From assembly GCA_963813715.1 (NCBI GenBank), contig CAWFAK010000007.1:1053126-1117125 (forward strand): a DNA stretch of 64,000 nt. The letters are read 5' to 3'. Every line of letters begins with the position of its first letter. Position 1 is the stretch's first letter. A model generated the notes under the pieces. That model ran no database searches and was not told the DNA's origin. It saw nothing but the letters and a program-made list of their open reading frames with translations. The translations under genes were made by a program, and so were the position numbers. The DNA comes from an uncultured Planctomycetaceae bacterium. GTDB lineage: Bacteria > Planctomycetota > Planctomycetia > Planctomycetales > Planctomycetaceae. This document shows positions 46,804 through 55,292 of the stretch, piece after piece.

Positions 46804-47790
46804 TTACGATCGCGTTTGCAGTAACGTGCTCTTTGCGGCAACGCCTCCCGCGCTCTGTCGAACAACAACCAGTGGTCCTGCGGTCATGCGCGGGAACAGC
46901 CGGGTGAGGAGGAGCACTTCCACTCCGAGCATCAAGAGGGCCAGCGGCACCATCAAGAGACCGGCAAAGTCGTGAAAGACCCGCTCCGCAAATTCCACTC
47001 CAATCCATTCCTGGACGACACCGGTCGCAGCAATGCGAAAGATATTCGCGGCCAAAGCAATACCCGCCGAACTCGCCAAAACACAGATCTTTTCCCAGAC
47101 AGAAAGCGGCAAAAGAAAGACGGCCGCCGTCGTCACCGCGGCAAAAGTCGTCAGCATTCCCAGTCCGTTGCAGGCTTCTGCCACGCCAATTTTCCCATGG
47201 GTCAGGCAGATCACGTTGCCACTCGCGACAGCAGGTATGCCCAAAGTTTGGAGCACATAGGTGCTTCCCGAAGTCGCCAAATGCTGTAACGGGCCGCCGA
47301 GACGGCCGCCCACCGCACCTGGCAAAGGAATCATGAAAATCAAAAAAACGATCGCCGGCCATGCCCAGGAGATCGCCGTGTAGCCTCCTACGAGCGTCGT
47401 CGCACCCGCGATGCACACGATGAAAGCCAGGGGTTCCGCGAGCACGTAGCCGAAATAGTCGGCGAACAACCGAAAAACGAGGCTTACCACGACAAGCGCC
47501 AGCCCCAGCCAGCGGCCGCGAATTGGTGTTTTCACCGCTACGAGCAAATCGCGTCGCTGCCAGAGTAGCCATGCCGAGATGAATGGGACGAGAAATCCAT
47601 GCGAATAATTGGCTTCGACACTCCACCGCCCCGCCAGATGCGCCAGTGCGCCCGCGTAGCACGCGAGGATCACCGCTGCCATCACGATCAGGCCGATGAG
47701 CGATGAGCGACTCGACCATGCGAGCGCGTGCGCACTCTCGTGCGTCGCGACCGGCGTTGTTTTTCTTCTGCCAATGACCAAGTGCATCAA
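46804..47790 (-). CDS. Exosortase (EpsH family)
   Basis: YSHGFLVP plus the catalytic Cys-Arg-His set: VAEACNGL, ANIFRI and VFHDFAG. Confidence 0.92.
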   Translation of the reverse strand: MMHLVIGRRKTTPVATHESAHALAWSSRSSLIGLIVMAAVILACYAGALAHLAGRWSVEANYSHGFLVPFISAWLLWQRRDLLVAVKTPIRGRWLGLALVVVSLVFRLFADYFGYVLAEPLAFIVCIAGATTLVGGYTAISWAWPAIVFLIFMIPLPGAVGGRLGGPLQHLATSGSTYVLQTLGIPAVASGNVICLTHGKIGVAEACNGLGMLTTFAAVTTAAVFLLPLSVWEKICVLASSAGIALAANIFRIAATGVVQEWIGVEFAERVFHDFAGLLMVPLALLMLGVEVLLLTRLFPRMTAGPLVVVRQSAGGVAAKSTLLQTRS

Positions 47791-48562
47791 CGGTTCGTCA
47801 GCGCGGGGATCGATCCGTCACGCGCGTCGTCCACTCGAACAAAGCGACATTCCATTACGTGCGCTACAGTCAGTTCGGGTCGACATGCTCAGTTCGCAAG
47901 AACCACAAACTGCTGTGTGCGATTTTTTTTGCATCCTCCGACAGACCGTCGTGCGCGGCATTCCGTGCACATGCTTCTCCGCGTTCGCGTGCTGTTCCTA
48001 GGGGAGCGAGGGCGCGCGATGCGCAGACCTTCGGCCCGTCGGTTATGCAACCTCTTAGCGACGCAAAGTCCTTGATTCCGCGTGCTTACAGGCGGGAACA
48101 TGGCTCGGACGAAGAGCGCGTCTGAGCCGGCAGGAGTTGAGGCTGGAGCACTAGGTGCGTCCCACCTCGCGGGGGAGCGACCTCAATCGGCCCCTTATCA
48201 GGTAAGCAGTGGCGGCCCGTTATGCCGCCTGCGCCTCATGCATGGGCGGCATCCACAGTCGTACTCGCGATTCCGTTCATTACGGTACATGAATCATTGA
48301 ATCGGTGGGGGCCTGTAAAGTCAAGGAAATTCTCCTACGTACTTTCCCTTACAAAGCCTGAATTCTGGCCGCTAAACGCACTTTTCAGCGTTTTCGTGTG
48401 CGCTCTACGGGCGGAGGTGCTGCTTGCTTAGACAACCCGGATGAAGTCGGTCGTCTCGCAATTCGAAATGAAGAGTCCACGCGTTCGACAACCAGCGTTG
48501 CCAAACGCGTGGACTAATGGCCAGAATTCGCGCGAGATCGGCTCGGGCGAATCGCAAACTTA

Positions 48563-49294
48563 TCAGTTATTGCCGCCACCGCCGAGGTTCGAGCGGAACC
48601 GCATGCCACCGCGTCGCGTCCCACGCGGGCCATTCACTTTCACTTCCGCCACTTTCTTGCCACCTTCTTCGGTGACGACGGTGACGGTCGCGCCCGGCTT
48701 GAGGGCCGGATCGCTGAGCCCCTTCTGGCTGACGCGAGCGCCGATCGTCAACTTGGCTTCGCTACCGACCATGAAGGAGTGGTCCTTGCCCGTCAGAAGC
48801 GTGACCACAAGGATGTTCTTGTCGGCGTCAACGCTCTTGATCTTGCCGGGGAACTCATTGTCATTGTCGTCCGCAGCTTCTTCGGTCTTGGCGGCTTCGC
48901 CCTTCGCCGCAGAATCGCCCCGGAAACCCGCAGTCGTCTTCGACGTAGCGGCGTCTCCGCTCTTGGCCTTGTGATCGACGCCCAGCAGCACCTGCGACGC
49001 AGACGTTCCCGCGCCGACGATGGTCACGTGCAGTCCGGCGTGGAAGCGCGGGTCCTGCAAACGCTTGTGAACGATGCCGCCCCTTGGGCCGACGATCTGA
49101 GTGGTGGGGGCAATCATGTAGGTTTTGTCGCCGCTCTGCGTGTGCACGGTCAGAGTGCTCTTGGCGGCGTCAACCTTCACGATCTCGCCCTTGGTTCCGT
49201 TCGGCACGTCCGCACCGACGGCCGGCGTGGCGAGGGCGGCGAACGCCGCGATGGCCATCGCGCACAATAAACTTCCAATCGCTTTCTTCGACAT
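48563..49294 (-). CDS. Secreted protein with two tandem beta-barrel (OB-fold/DUF5666-like) repeats
   Basis: Signal peptide MSKKAIG...AVGA. The repeats GEIVKVDAAKSTLTV and GKIKSVDADKNILVV are each followed by L.DP....G..VT.V. Confidence 0.7.
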   Translation of the reverse strand: MSKKAIGSLLCAMAIAAFAALATPAVGADVPNGTKGEIVKVDAAKSTLTVHTQSGDKTYMIAPTTQIVGPRGGIVHKRLQDPRFHAGLHVTIVGAGTSASQVLLGVDHKAKSGDAATSKTTAGFRGDSAAKGEAAKTEEAADDNDNEFPGKIKSVDADKNILVVTLLTGKDHSFMVGSEAKLTIGARVSQKGLSDPALKPGATVTVVTEEGGKKVAEVKVNGPRGTRRGGMRFRSNLGGGGNN

Positions 49295-49571
49295 GCTTTG
49301 ATACCTCCAAAGTGAGTACATTTTTGCCTGCAATCCGTTCGCGTTTGCCCGTTGTTCCATTGTCCGGATCGGCTTATCGTGCGCTCGGCCACATAAAGTG
49401 TCAAACGGATTCGAGCAGATTTCAGCTGCCCGATCGGCCGCCATCGTCCCAGACCGGGCGTGGGCGGAATTTGTTGACAAGCTTACCCCGTCCGCGAAGT
49501 TTGCCGCGCGACCCGTGCCACGCAACTCCTTCGTAGAATTCGCCGGACCAGCCGGACGCGGGCCACGTAAG

Positions 49572-49586
49572 GCGAATCGAGTGCCA
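49572..49586 (-). promoter_or_regulatory. Possible sigma54 -24/-12 promoter
   Basis: Minus strand reads TGGCAC-TCGAT-TCGC: correct spacing, one mismatch to TTGC. Confidence 0.35.
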
Positions 49587-49609
49587 ATCTAGGGCCTAAC
49601 CCCCGGAAT

Positions 49610-49624
49610 TGGCGAACGATTTGC
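49610..49624 (+). promoter_or_regulatory. Probable sigma54 -24/-12 promoter of the HEAT-repeat gene
   Basis: TGGCGA-ACGAT-TTGC with exact spacing, followed by AGGAGG (49638-49643) and ATG 49651. Confidence 0.55.
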
Positions 49625-49650
49625 AACTCAGCCTTTTAGGAGGCTCAGCC

Positions 49651-50292
49651 ATGCGCAAACACGCAAATCATCACGCAGAACCTGATTCCCCAGTGCACAC
49701 CGCGGTCGTTTCGGAACCGGGCGACCTCATTTCTCGCCTGATTCAAAACCTTTCCGCACACCACGTTGTCGAACGCGAGCGAAGCCGGGCTGCATTGGTG
49801 GCCTTGGGCGGGCCGGCCGTTGGGCCGTTGCTCGGGGCCTTTGCGTCCGCCGACGAACGGGGCCGACTTGAGATTTGTAAGGCCCTCACCGAAATCGCCG
49901 ACCCCGCCGCCACCCGGCTGCTGATCGAATGTCTGGAAGACGACCATCAGGACCTCCGCTGGATCGCGGCCGAGGGACTGCTGAACATTGACGGTCCGGC
50001 AGTCGAGCCCCTGTTGGTCGCACTGATCGATCGTGCCTCGGCCCACACGATTCTCGACGCGGCGGCCCACGTTCTGCGCGGACTGTCGCGACGAGTTTCG
50101 CGGACGATCTTCGATCCGGTCCTTGTCGCCGTGCGCGGACCGGAGCCGGGCGTCAGCGTGCCGCTCGCAGCGCAAACGGCCCTCGCGCAGTGGCGCGAGA
50201 ACGCCGGCGGAATCGACCGCAGGCGCTTCGTGCCCGTCACACCGGGTGCCGAAGGGCGACCCGAGCAGCCCTGGTACGACCGGTGCGCCTAA
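49651..50292 (+). CDS. HEAT/PBS-lyase repeat protein
   Basis: Repeats such as RAALVALGGPAVGPLL and LRWIAAEGLLNIDGPAVEPLL; strong RBS. Confidence 0.8.
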   Translation: MRKHANHHAEPDSPVHTAVVSEPGDLISRLIQNLSAHHVVERERSRAALVALGGPAVGPLLGAFASADERGRLEICKALTEIADPAATRLLIECLEDDHQDLRWIAAEGLLNIDGPAVEPLLVALIDRASAHTILDAAAHVLRGLSRRVSRTIFDPVLVAVRGPEPGVSVPLAAQTALAQWRENAGGIDRRRFVPVTPGAEGRPEQPWYDRCA

Positions 50293-50313
50293 ACGCACCG
50301 GTCGCATCGTGGA

Positions 50314-51150
50314 CTAGCGCCGGCCGATCACCCAGCGGGTGAACTTCACGGCTTTGAGCCCCTGCTCGGCCAGCACCTGGCTGACGAGCTTGGCTTGATC
50401 CTTTGCGAAGGGCTGGAAGGTGAGCACGCCGGCATCGTTGTAGAACGTTTTGAGCTGCCCCTCGACGATCTTGTCGATGATGTTGTCCGGCTTGCCCGAC
50501 TTCTTCGCCTGGTCGCGGAGACGTTCGCGCTCCTTCTCGACGATGGCCGGATCGAGCTCTTCGGGATAGCAGCAGATCGGCTTCATGGCGACGATATGCA
50601 TCGCCACGTCCTTGAGTAGCGGGCTCGTCTTCTTGTCGCCCGACGCCTGAAACAGCACGCCCGTCTTGTGGTCGTGATGGACATAGGCGCCAACCGGGCC
50701 CTTCACCCGCGCGATTCGCGTGACGATCATCTTCTCGCGAATCTTGTTGATCATCTCGTCGAACATTTCATGGAACGACTGGTGGCTGCCGGCCGGCTTC
50801 TGCAGCAAAAGTTCATCGGAGCTGAGCGCACCGGGCCCCTCGAGCAGGTGCCGCACCAGCTTCTGGCCGAACTCGGCCACATCCTGCCCGGTGGCGACCG
50901 GGGGCGACTCGCACTGGATCTCGATCATCGCCGCTTCGCTGCCGTCGGCGGCCACGAGCGCGAAGATCCGCCCTTCCTCGGTCGGATTGTCGGCCCGTTT
51001 CTCCTTCACCTTGCCGACTTCCCGCTTGAGGATCTCGATCGCCTTGGCCTCGTCGCCGCCCGCTTCCGTGAGCGCCCTTTTGACGAGCATCATCGGCAGA
51101 TCGGTCTTGTCACGCAGCGCCTTGACTGCGGCCGCGGTGATTTCCGCCAT
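50314..51150 (-). CDS. tsf: Translation elongation factor Ts
   Basis: MAEITAAAVKALRDKT, EGRI, GAYVHH, DVAMHIVAM and SGKPDNIIDKIVEG; directly downstream of rpsB. Confidence 0.95.
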   Translation of the reverse strand: MAEITAAAVKALRDKTDLPMMLVKRALTEAGGDEAKAIEILKREVGKVKEKRADNPTEEGRIFALVAADGSEAAMIEIQCESPPVATGQDVAEFGQKLVRHLLEGPGALSSDELLLQKPAGSHQSFHEMFDEMINKIREKMIVTRIARVKGPVGAYVHHDHKTGVLFQASGDKKTSPLLKDVAMHIVAMKPICCYPEELDPAIVEKERERLRDQAKKSGKPDNIIDKIVEGQLKTFYNDAGVLTFQPFAKDQAKLVSQVLAEQGLKAVKFTRWVIGRR

Positions 51151-51259
51151 TGCAACTCTCTCCTTGTCGGCCGCCCCGCGGGAAATTCGCTCCACGGATC
51201 GTGACCGTAAATGACCAGACACGTTTCGGCCGGCCGCAGTTCGCGGCCCGCCGCGCTGT

Positions 51260-51299
51260 GTAATTCTGCTGCGCTCGGCGTAATTCTGCTGCGCTCGGC
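51260..51299. repeat. Perfect 20-bp tandem duplication in the rpsB-tsf spacer
   Basis: GTAATTCTGCTGCGCTCGGC x2, with a degenerate third unit at about 51308-51328. Confidence 0.9.
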
Positions 51300-51342
51300 T
51301 TGCTGGCGTAGTTTCTGTGGCGCTTGGCTCGCCGGCCGCGCG

Positions 51343-52086
51343 TTACGAAATCGAGGGAATCGGACGCGGCTCGTCCTTCGCGGGAGCTTCGGGCTCTTCC
51401 GGAAGTTGGGCCCGGCCCGTGACGATCGAATCGGTCAGGTAGCTGAGGATCAGCCGAATCGAACGGATGCTGTCGTCGTTGCCCGGAATGGGCAGATCGA
51501 CCACGTCCGGATCGGAATCGGTGTCGATGAGCGCGATCACCTTGGCTCCCACGTTCCGCGCTTCGCGGACGCAGTTCTTCTCCTTGCCCGGATCGATGAC
51601 GATGACCGCCTCCGGCATGCGGTTCATCGTGCGGATGCCGTTCAGATTGCGGAAGATCTTCTTCTTCTCGCGCATCAGCGTCGACTGCATCTTCTTGGAG
51701 TAGGTTGCCAGCTGGCCGCTGGTGTCGAGCGCTTCGAGTTCTTCAAGCCGCTTGAGCCGGCTGCGGACCGTACGGAAGTTGGTGAGCGTGCCGCCCAGCC
51801 ACCGCTCGGTGACATAGGGCATCCGCGCGGCCTCGGCCGATTCCTGCACCGCCTCGGCCGCTTGTCGCTTGGTGCCGCAAAACAGCACCAGGCTGCCATC
51901 GGCGGCCACTTTCTGCAGGTACTTGCGCGCCCGCAGCAGGCCGGTCACCGTCTGCTTGATGTCGATGATGTGGATCAGATTGCGGCGCCCATAAATGTAG
52001 GGCCGCATCTTCGGATTCCACTTGCTCGTGCGATGCCCGAAGTGCACGCCCGAGTCGAGAATTTCCTTAACAACAATCTCCGACAC
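51343..52086 (-). CDS. rpsB: 30S ribosomal protein S2
   Basis: [26 protein letters not shown] and PGNDD. Confidence 0.98.
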   Translation of the reverse strand: MSEIVVKEILDSGVHFGHRTSKWNPKMRPYIYGRRNLIHIIDIKQTVTGLLRARKYLQKVAADGSLVLFCGTKRQAAEAVQESAEAARMPYVTERWLGGTLTNFRTVRSRLKRLEELEALDTSGQLATYSKKMQSTLMREKKKIFRNLNGIRTMNRMPEAVIVIDPGKEKNCVREARNVGAKVIALIDTDSDPDVVDLPIPGNDDSIRSIRLILSYLTDSIVTGRAQLPEEPEAPAKDEPRPIPSIS

Positions 52087-52292
52087 GTGTCACGTTCTCC
52101 CGACGACAGTCCTCGACCGAATCGTGCGAAGGCTTCGCATCTCGATTCGGCACAGCCCGTTTAAGGGGCCGTTGCGATTTGACCGCCGCCACATTTTGAA
52201 AAGGTGCAAAACCGCCAGCCGACACACCTTGCGCCGGCGCTGGCTTTCCCCACTTGGCGGCGACCACCTCGGGCCGCTCCGCCGCGCGGGAA
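52087..52292 (-). ncRNA. Candidate structured rpsB 5' leader
   Basis: Three hairpins (52256-52283, 52214-52244, 52116-52151) whose G-U pairs form only on the minus, mRNA strand. Confidence 0.5.
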
Positions 52293-52298
52293 GGGTGA

Positions 52299-52327
52299 AT
52301 CTTATTGCCCCCCATGAGAGGGGTCAA
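52299..52327 (-). promoter_or_regulatory. Sigma70-type promoter of rpsB-tsf
   Basis: TTGACC (52327-52322), 17-bp spacer, TAAGAT (52304-52299). Confidence 0.75.
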
Positions 52328-52411
52328 ACGATGTTGTGATGGCCGGCCTCCGACCCCGGACCCGGCCGCCTAGGCGGGCACTCCCGGGACCACCGCCTGT
52401 CGCCCATTCGA

Positions 52412-52824
52412 TCCCGTCCCGACTCTCAAGTCCCCGTGTCCCGTCCCGATTGAGTCCCGTCCCCCCGAGATGAGTCCGGTCCCGACTACCCCCGACCGAC
52501 CTAGTGCCCGTGCCGCCTCGCCGTCCCAATGATTAAGTCCCGTCCCAATGTTCGAGTCCCATCCCAATCCAATCCCGTCCCAACTTGTCCCGTCCCCCCT
52601 GAGAGGGGAAAAACCGGCCAACCAAGATCAATAAGTCCAGCAGCAATCAGGAGTTCCGATCTCCCTTGGTGCCTTCGTGTCTTCGTGGGGAAAAAATCCG
52701 TCCTCCGCGATCGGATGAATTCCACCGAAGCAGTCCCCGTCCTCAATGTTCCCGTCCCACCGTTCGAGTCCCCTCCCCGCCGTTCGTGTCCCGTCCAATC
52801 CCGTCCCGACTTTGTCCTGTTCCC
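52412..52824. repeat. Two clusters of co-oriented TCCCGTCCC motifs
   Basis: Exact copies at 52412, 52439, 52455, 52538, 52573, 52588, 52750 and 52799. Near copies at 52475, 52557, 52734, 52769, 52789 and 52815. Confidence 0.85.
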
Positions 52825-53222
52825 GGTCCGAGGAGATCTCGAACGGGCGCGGACACAAACGAACCGCCTCCAAAACGCTCAGTCCACGCGCCGCGTGGCG
52901 GTCCTAACCCCGGAGCGGCAGCCGGCCACACGCACAGGTGTAGGCCGAGTGGCTCAATTTGGTGCGGCGCCACGGCGCGCCCAACCTCTATTTTACCCCG
53001 TGCCGTATTGACGCAAGATCAGCTTGTGGCGTCGTGTCTTCCGTTGGGATTGCGCTGACATCGAGCGCGCTTCGGGTTAGTGGTTCCGACCGTCGCCTCG
53101 CCCCGCCAAATCGCGATTGAGCCGAATCGTCCGATGGGCTATCACTCGCCTTCCCTCCGTGGCAGCTCTCCCCTGCCGCACGCATCACTTCCCGCGACGT
53201 TCCCCGTCCGTTCGAGATCCCA

Positions 53223-54200
53223 ATGTCGATTAACGACATCGCCGCCCCCGGCGCGCTCACGCGCCGTGAGTTCTTGCAGGCTGCCGGCTTGTCGGCGACG
53301 GTTCTCGCCCTTGGCTCGCGGCCCGGCGCCGTGGAAGCCGCGCCGGCCGATTTGAATTTGCCGCTGATCATCGATTGCCACACGCATGTTTACGGCAGCG
53401 ACGACGTCGAATATCCGACGATCGCCAATCCCTGTCGGCCGCCGGTGGGAAAAGGGACGCCTGCCCATTTGCCGGCGCAGCTCGCCGCTGCCGGCGTGTC
53501 ATTCGCCACGGCCGTGCAGGTGAGCACCTATTACGGTTGGGACAATCGGTTTCTTGCCGACACGGCTCGCGCGAACGTGGACATTCTGGTCGGCGTCTGC
53601 ACGCTCAACCCCGACGATCCGGAGAGTCCCGAACTGTTGGAGCGGTTGGTCCGCGGCTCGAATATCCGCGGCTTGAGGAGCATTCCCGGAGTCAGTGGAC
53701 GCTATGTCGACGACGGCGTCGAGCGGCTGTGGGCGACGGCCGATCGGCTGGGCATCCCGGTCAACTTGAACACGAATCGACAGAAGCGGGACGAGATCGA
53801 GACCCTCGCGCGGCGGCATCGCAGCCTGAAAGTCGTGCTCGATCACTGTTTGTATTTGTCCGCCGGCGCGGAGGGACAGGCCGTACTGGCCGATCTGCTG
53901 CAGCTATCGCGGTTGCCGAATGTGTACGCCAAACTTTCCTGCGTCGTCACCGGCAGCGCGGAGAGCTATCCCTTTCACGACATGCACGCGCCGCTACGGC
54001 GGGTGATTGCCGCCTTCGGCCCCGATCGCTGCGTGTGGGGCAGCGACTTCCCCTGCGAGCTGTGGTGTCCCAAGGCGACGTACGCCGAGCATCTGCGCGT
54101 CTTCACGCGCGAGCTGGGGCTCGACGCAGAATCGCAGCGCTGGATTCTCGGCGAGACCGCGCGGCGCTGTATTTTCGAGCGCCACGCCGTATCTCCGACT
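53223..54200 (+). CDS. Amidohydrolase_2 family protein with Tat signal (3' end uncertain, indel near 54165)
   Basis: TRREFL twin-arginine motif, IDCHTH, VLDHC and WGSDFP. Confidence 0.85.
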
Positions 54201-54292
54201 GTGTCGTGTTGCCGGCTGCATCGTGGTGCGAACGCGCTCTGCCCGCCGGCCGCGTCACCCGATACCGCCCCGCACTTTTTCGAGGTCTCGTC

Positions 54293-55237
54293 ATGCTCCA
54301 TCGTGTTCGCGCTTTCACCCGTGCCCGAGCTTTCACATTGTTTGTTCCCACGGCAGCCGCGCTGACGGCCAGTCTCGTGCTCGCTTCCTCCGCGGCGGCG
54401 GCCGAGCCGGCCGGAGACATCGTCCAAGAACACAACATTGTCTACGGCAAAGGCGGCTCGGAGGACTTGATCCTCGACCTGGCGCGGCCGGCGCAGGCGT
54501 CGGGGCTCGTGCCGGGCATCGTGTACATACACGGCGGCGGCTGGCGCGGCGGCTCGCGCAATTCGTATCACAACGAAGTTCAAGAAGCGGCCCGCCGCGG
54601 CTACGTCGCAGTAACGGTCGACTACCGCCTCACTCAGCCCGACGCAGAGGGCAAGGCGAAATACCCGTTCCCCGCGCAGCTCGAGGACGTCAAATGTGCC
54701 GTCCGCTGGCTGCGGGCCAACGCCGACAAGTATCACGTCGATCCCAAGCGAATCGGGGCGACGGGCGAATCGGCGGGCGGGCACCTGGTGCTGTTGCTGG
54801 CCGTCACCGGCGACAACAAGCAGTTCGAGGGGACGGGCGGCAACCCGGACGTGTCGAGCCAGGTGCAGGCGGTCGTCAACTGGTTCGGCCCGACCGACCT
54901 CGCGCGGATGTACGGCTACAACAAAGCCGTCGACCCGCTGCTCTCGGCGCTCTGCGGCGGCACGCCTCAGGAGCGACCCGACCAGTACAAGGCGACCAGC
55001 CCGGTGACCTACGTGACGAAAGACACGTGCCCGGTGTTGACGCTGCACGGCACGGCCGACAAGCTCGTCCCCGTCGACCAGGCGAGCGAGTTCGACGCGG
55101 CCATGAAGAAAGCCGGCGCGACCAGCGTGGTGATGATCATCCAGGGCAACGGTCACGGTTTCGGCGGCAAAGTTCGTCGCCAAGCCGACGACGACACGTT
55201 CGCGTTCTTCGAGCAACACCTGAAGCAGGGTAAGTAA
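54293..55237 (+). CDS. Secreted alpha/beta hydrolase (HSL-type esterase)
   Basis: Signal peptide, HGGGW oxyanion motif, GESAGG nucleophile, HGTADKLV and GHG. Confidence 0.9.
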   Translation: MLHRVRAFTRARAFTLFVPTAAALTASLVLASSAAAAEPAGDIVQEHNIVYGKGGSEDLILDLARPAQASGLVPGIVYIHGGGWRGGSRNSYHNEVQEAARRGYVAVTVDYRLTQPDAEGKAKYPFPAQLEDVKCAVRWLRANADKYHVDPKRIGATGESAGGHLVLLLAVTGDNKQFEGTGGNPDVSSQVQAVVNWFGPTDLARMYGYNKAVDPLLSALCGGTPQERPDQYKATSPVTYVTKDTCPVLTLHGTADKLVPVDQASEFDAAMKKAGATSVVMIIQGNGHGFGGKVRRQADDDTFAFFEQHLKQGK

Positions 55238-55270
55238 GCGACGCGAGCACCGAGCAGCGTGAGCTTACTC

Positions 55271-55292
55271 CTCGGTCCCAAGCTCCCCCTTG
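55271..55292. repeat. REP-like hairpin fragment carrying the target duplication of IS copy 1
   Basis: CTCGGTCC-CAAGCTCCCCCTTG. The last 14 bp are the exact reverse complement of 62809-62822. Confidence 0.85.

Noticed and set aside
44843..46975. Long plus-strand ORFs antisense to wzc and other genes (also 10516-12504 and 23576-25162)
   Set aside because: These are shadow ORFs expected in high-GC coding DNA, with no recognisable motifs.
48062..48077. IHF-like site (minus strand AATCAAGGACTTT)
   Set aside because: Imperfect match to WATCAANNNNTTR, and no associated sigma54 promoter was found upstream of the exosortase.
48140..48180. c-di-GMP-I riboswitch (minus strand CC-GCGA-GGTGGGACGCA)
   Set aside because: It lacks the upstream GGCAAA and the downstream AAGC/P3 arm.
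47791..48562. tRNA gene or ops/JUMPstart element upstream of the operon
   Set aside because: No cloverleaf or T-loop consensus and no GGCGGTAG motif were seen.
52412..52824. CRISPR array or chromosomal origin
   Set aside because: The units are only 9 bp with short irregular linkers. No cas genes, DnaA boxes or AT-rich unwinding region are present.
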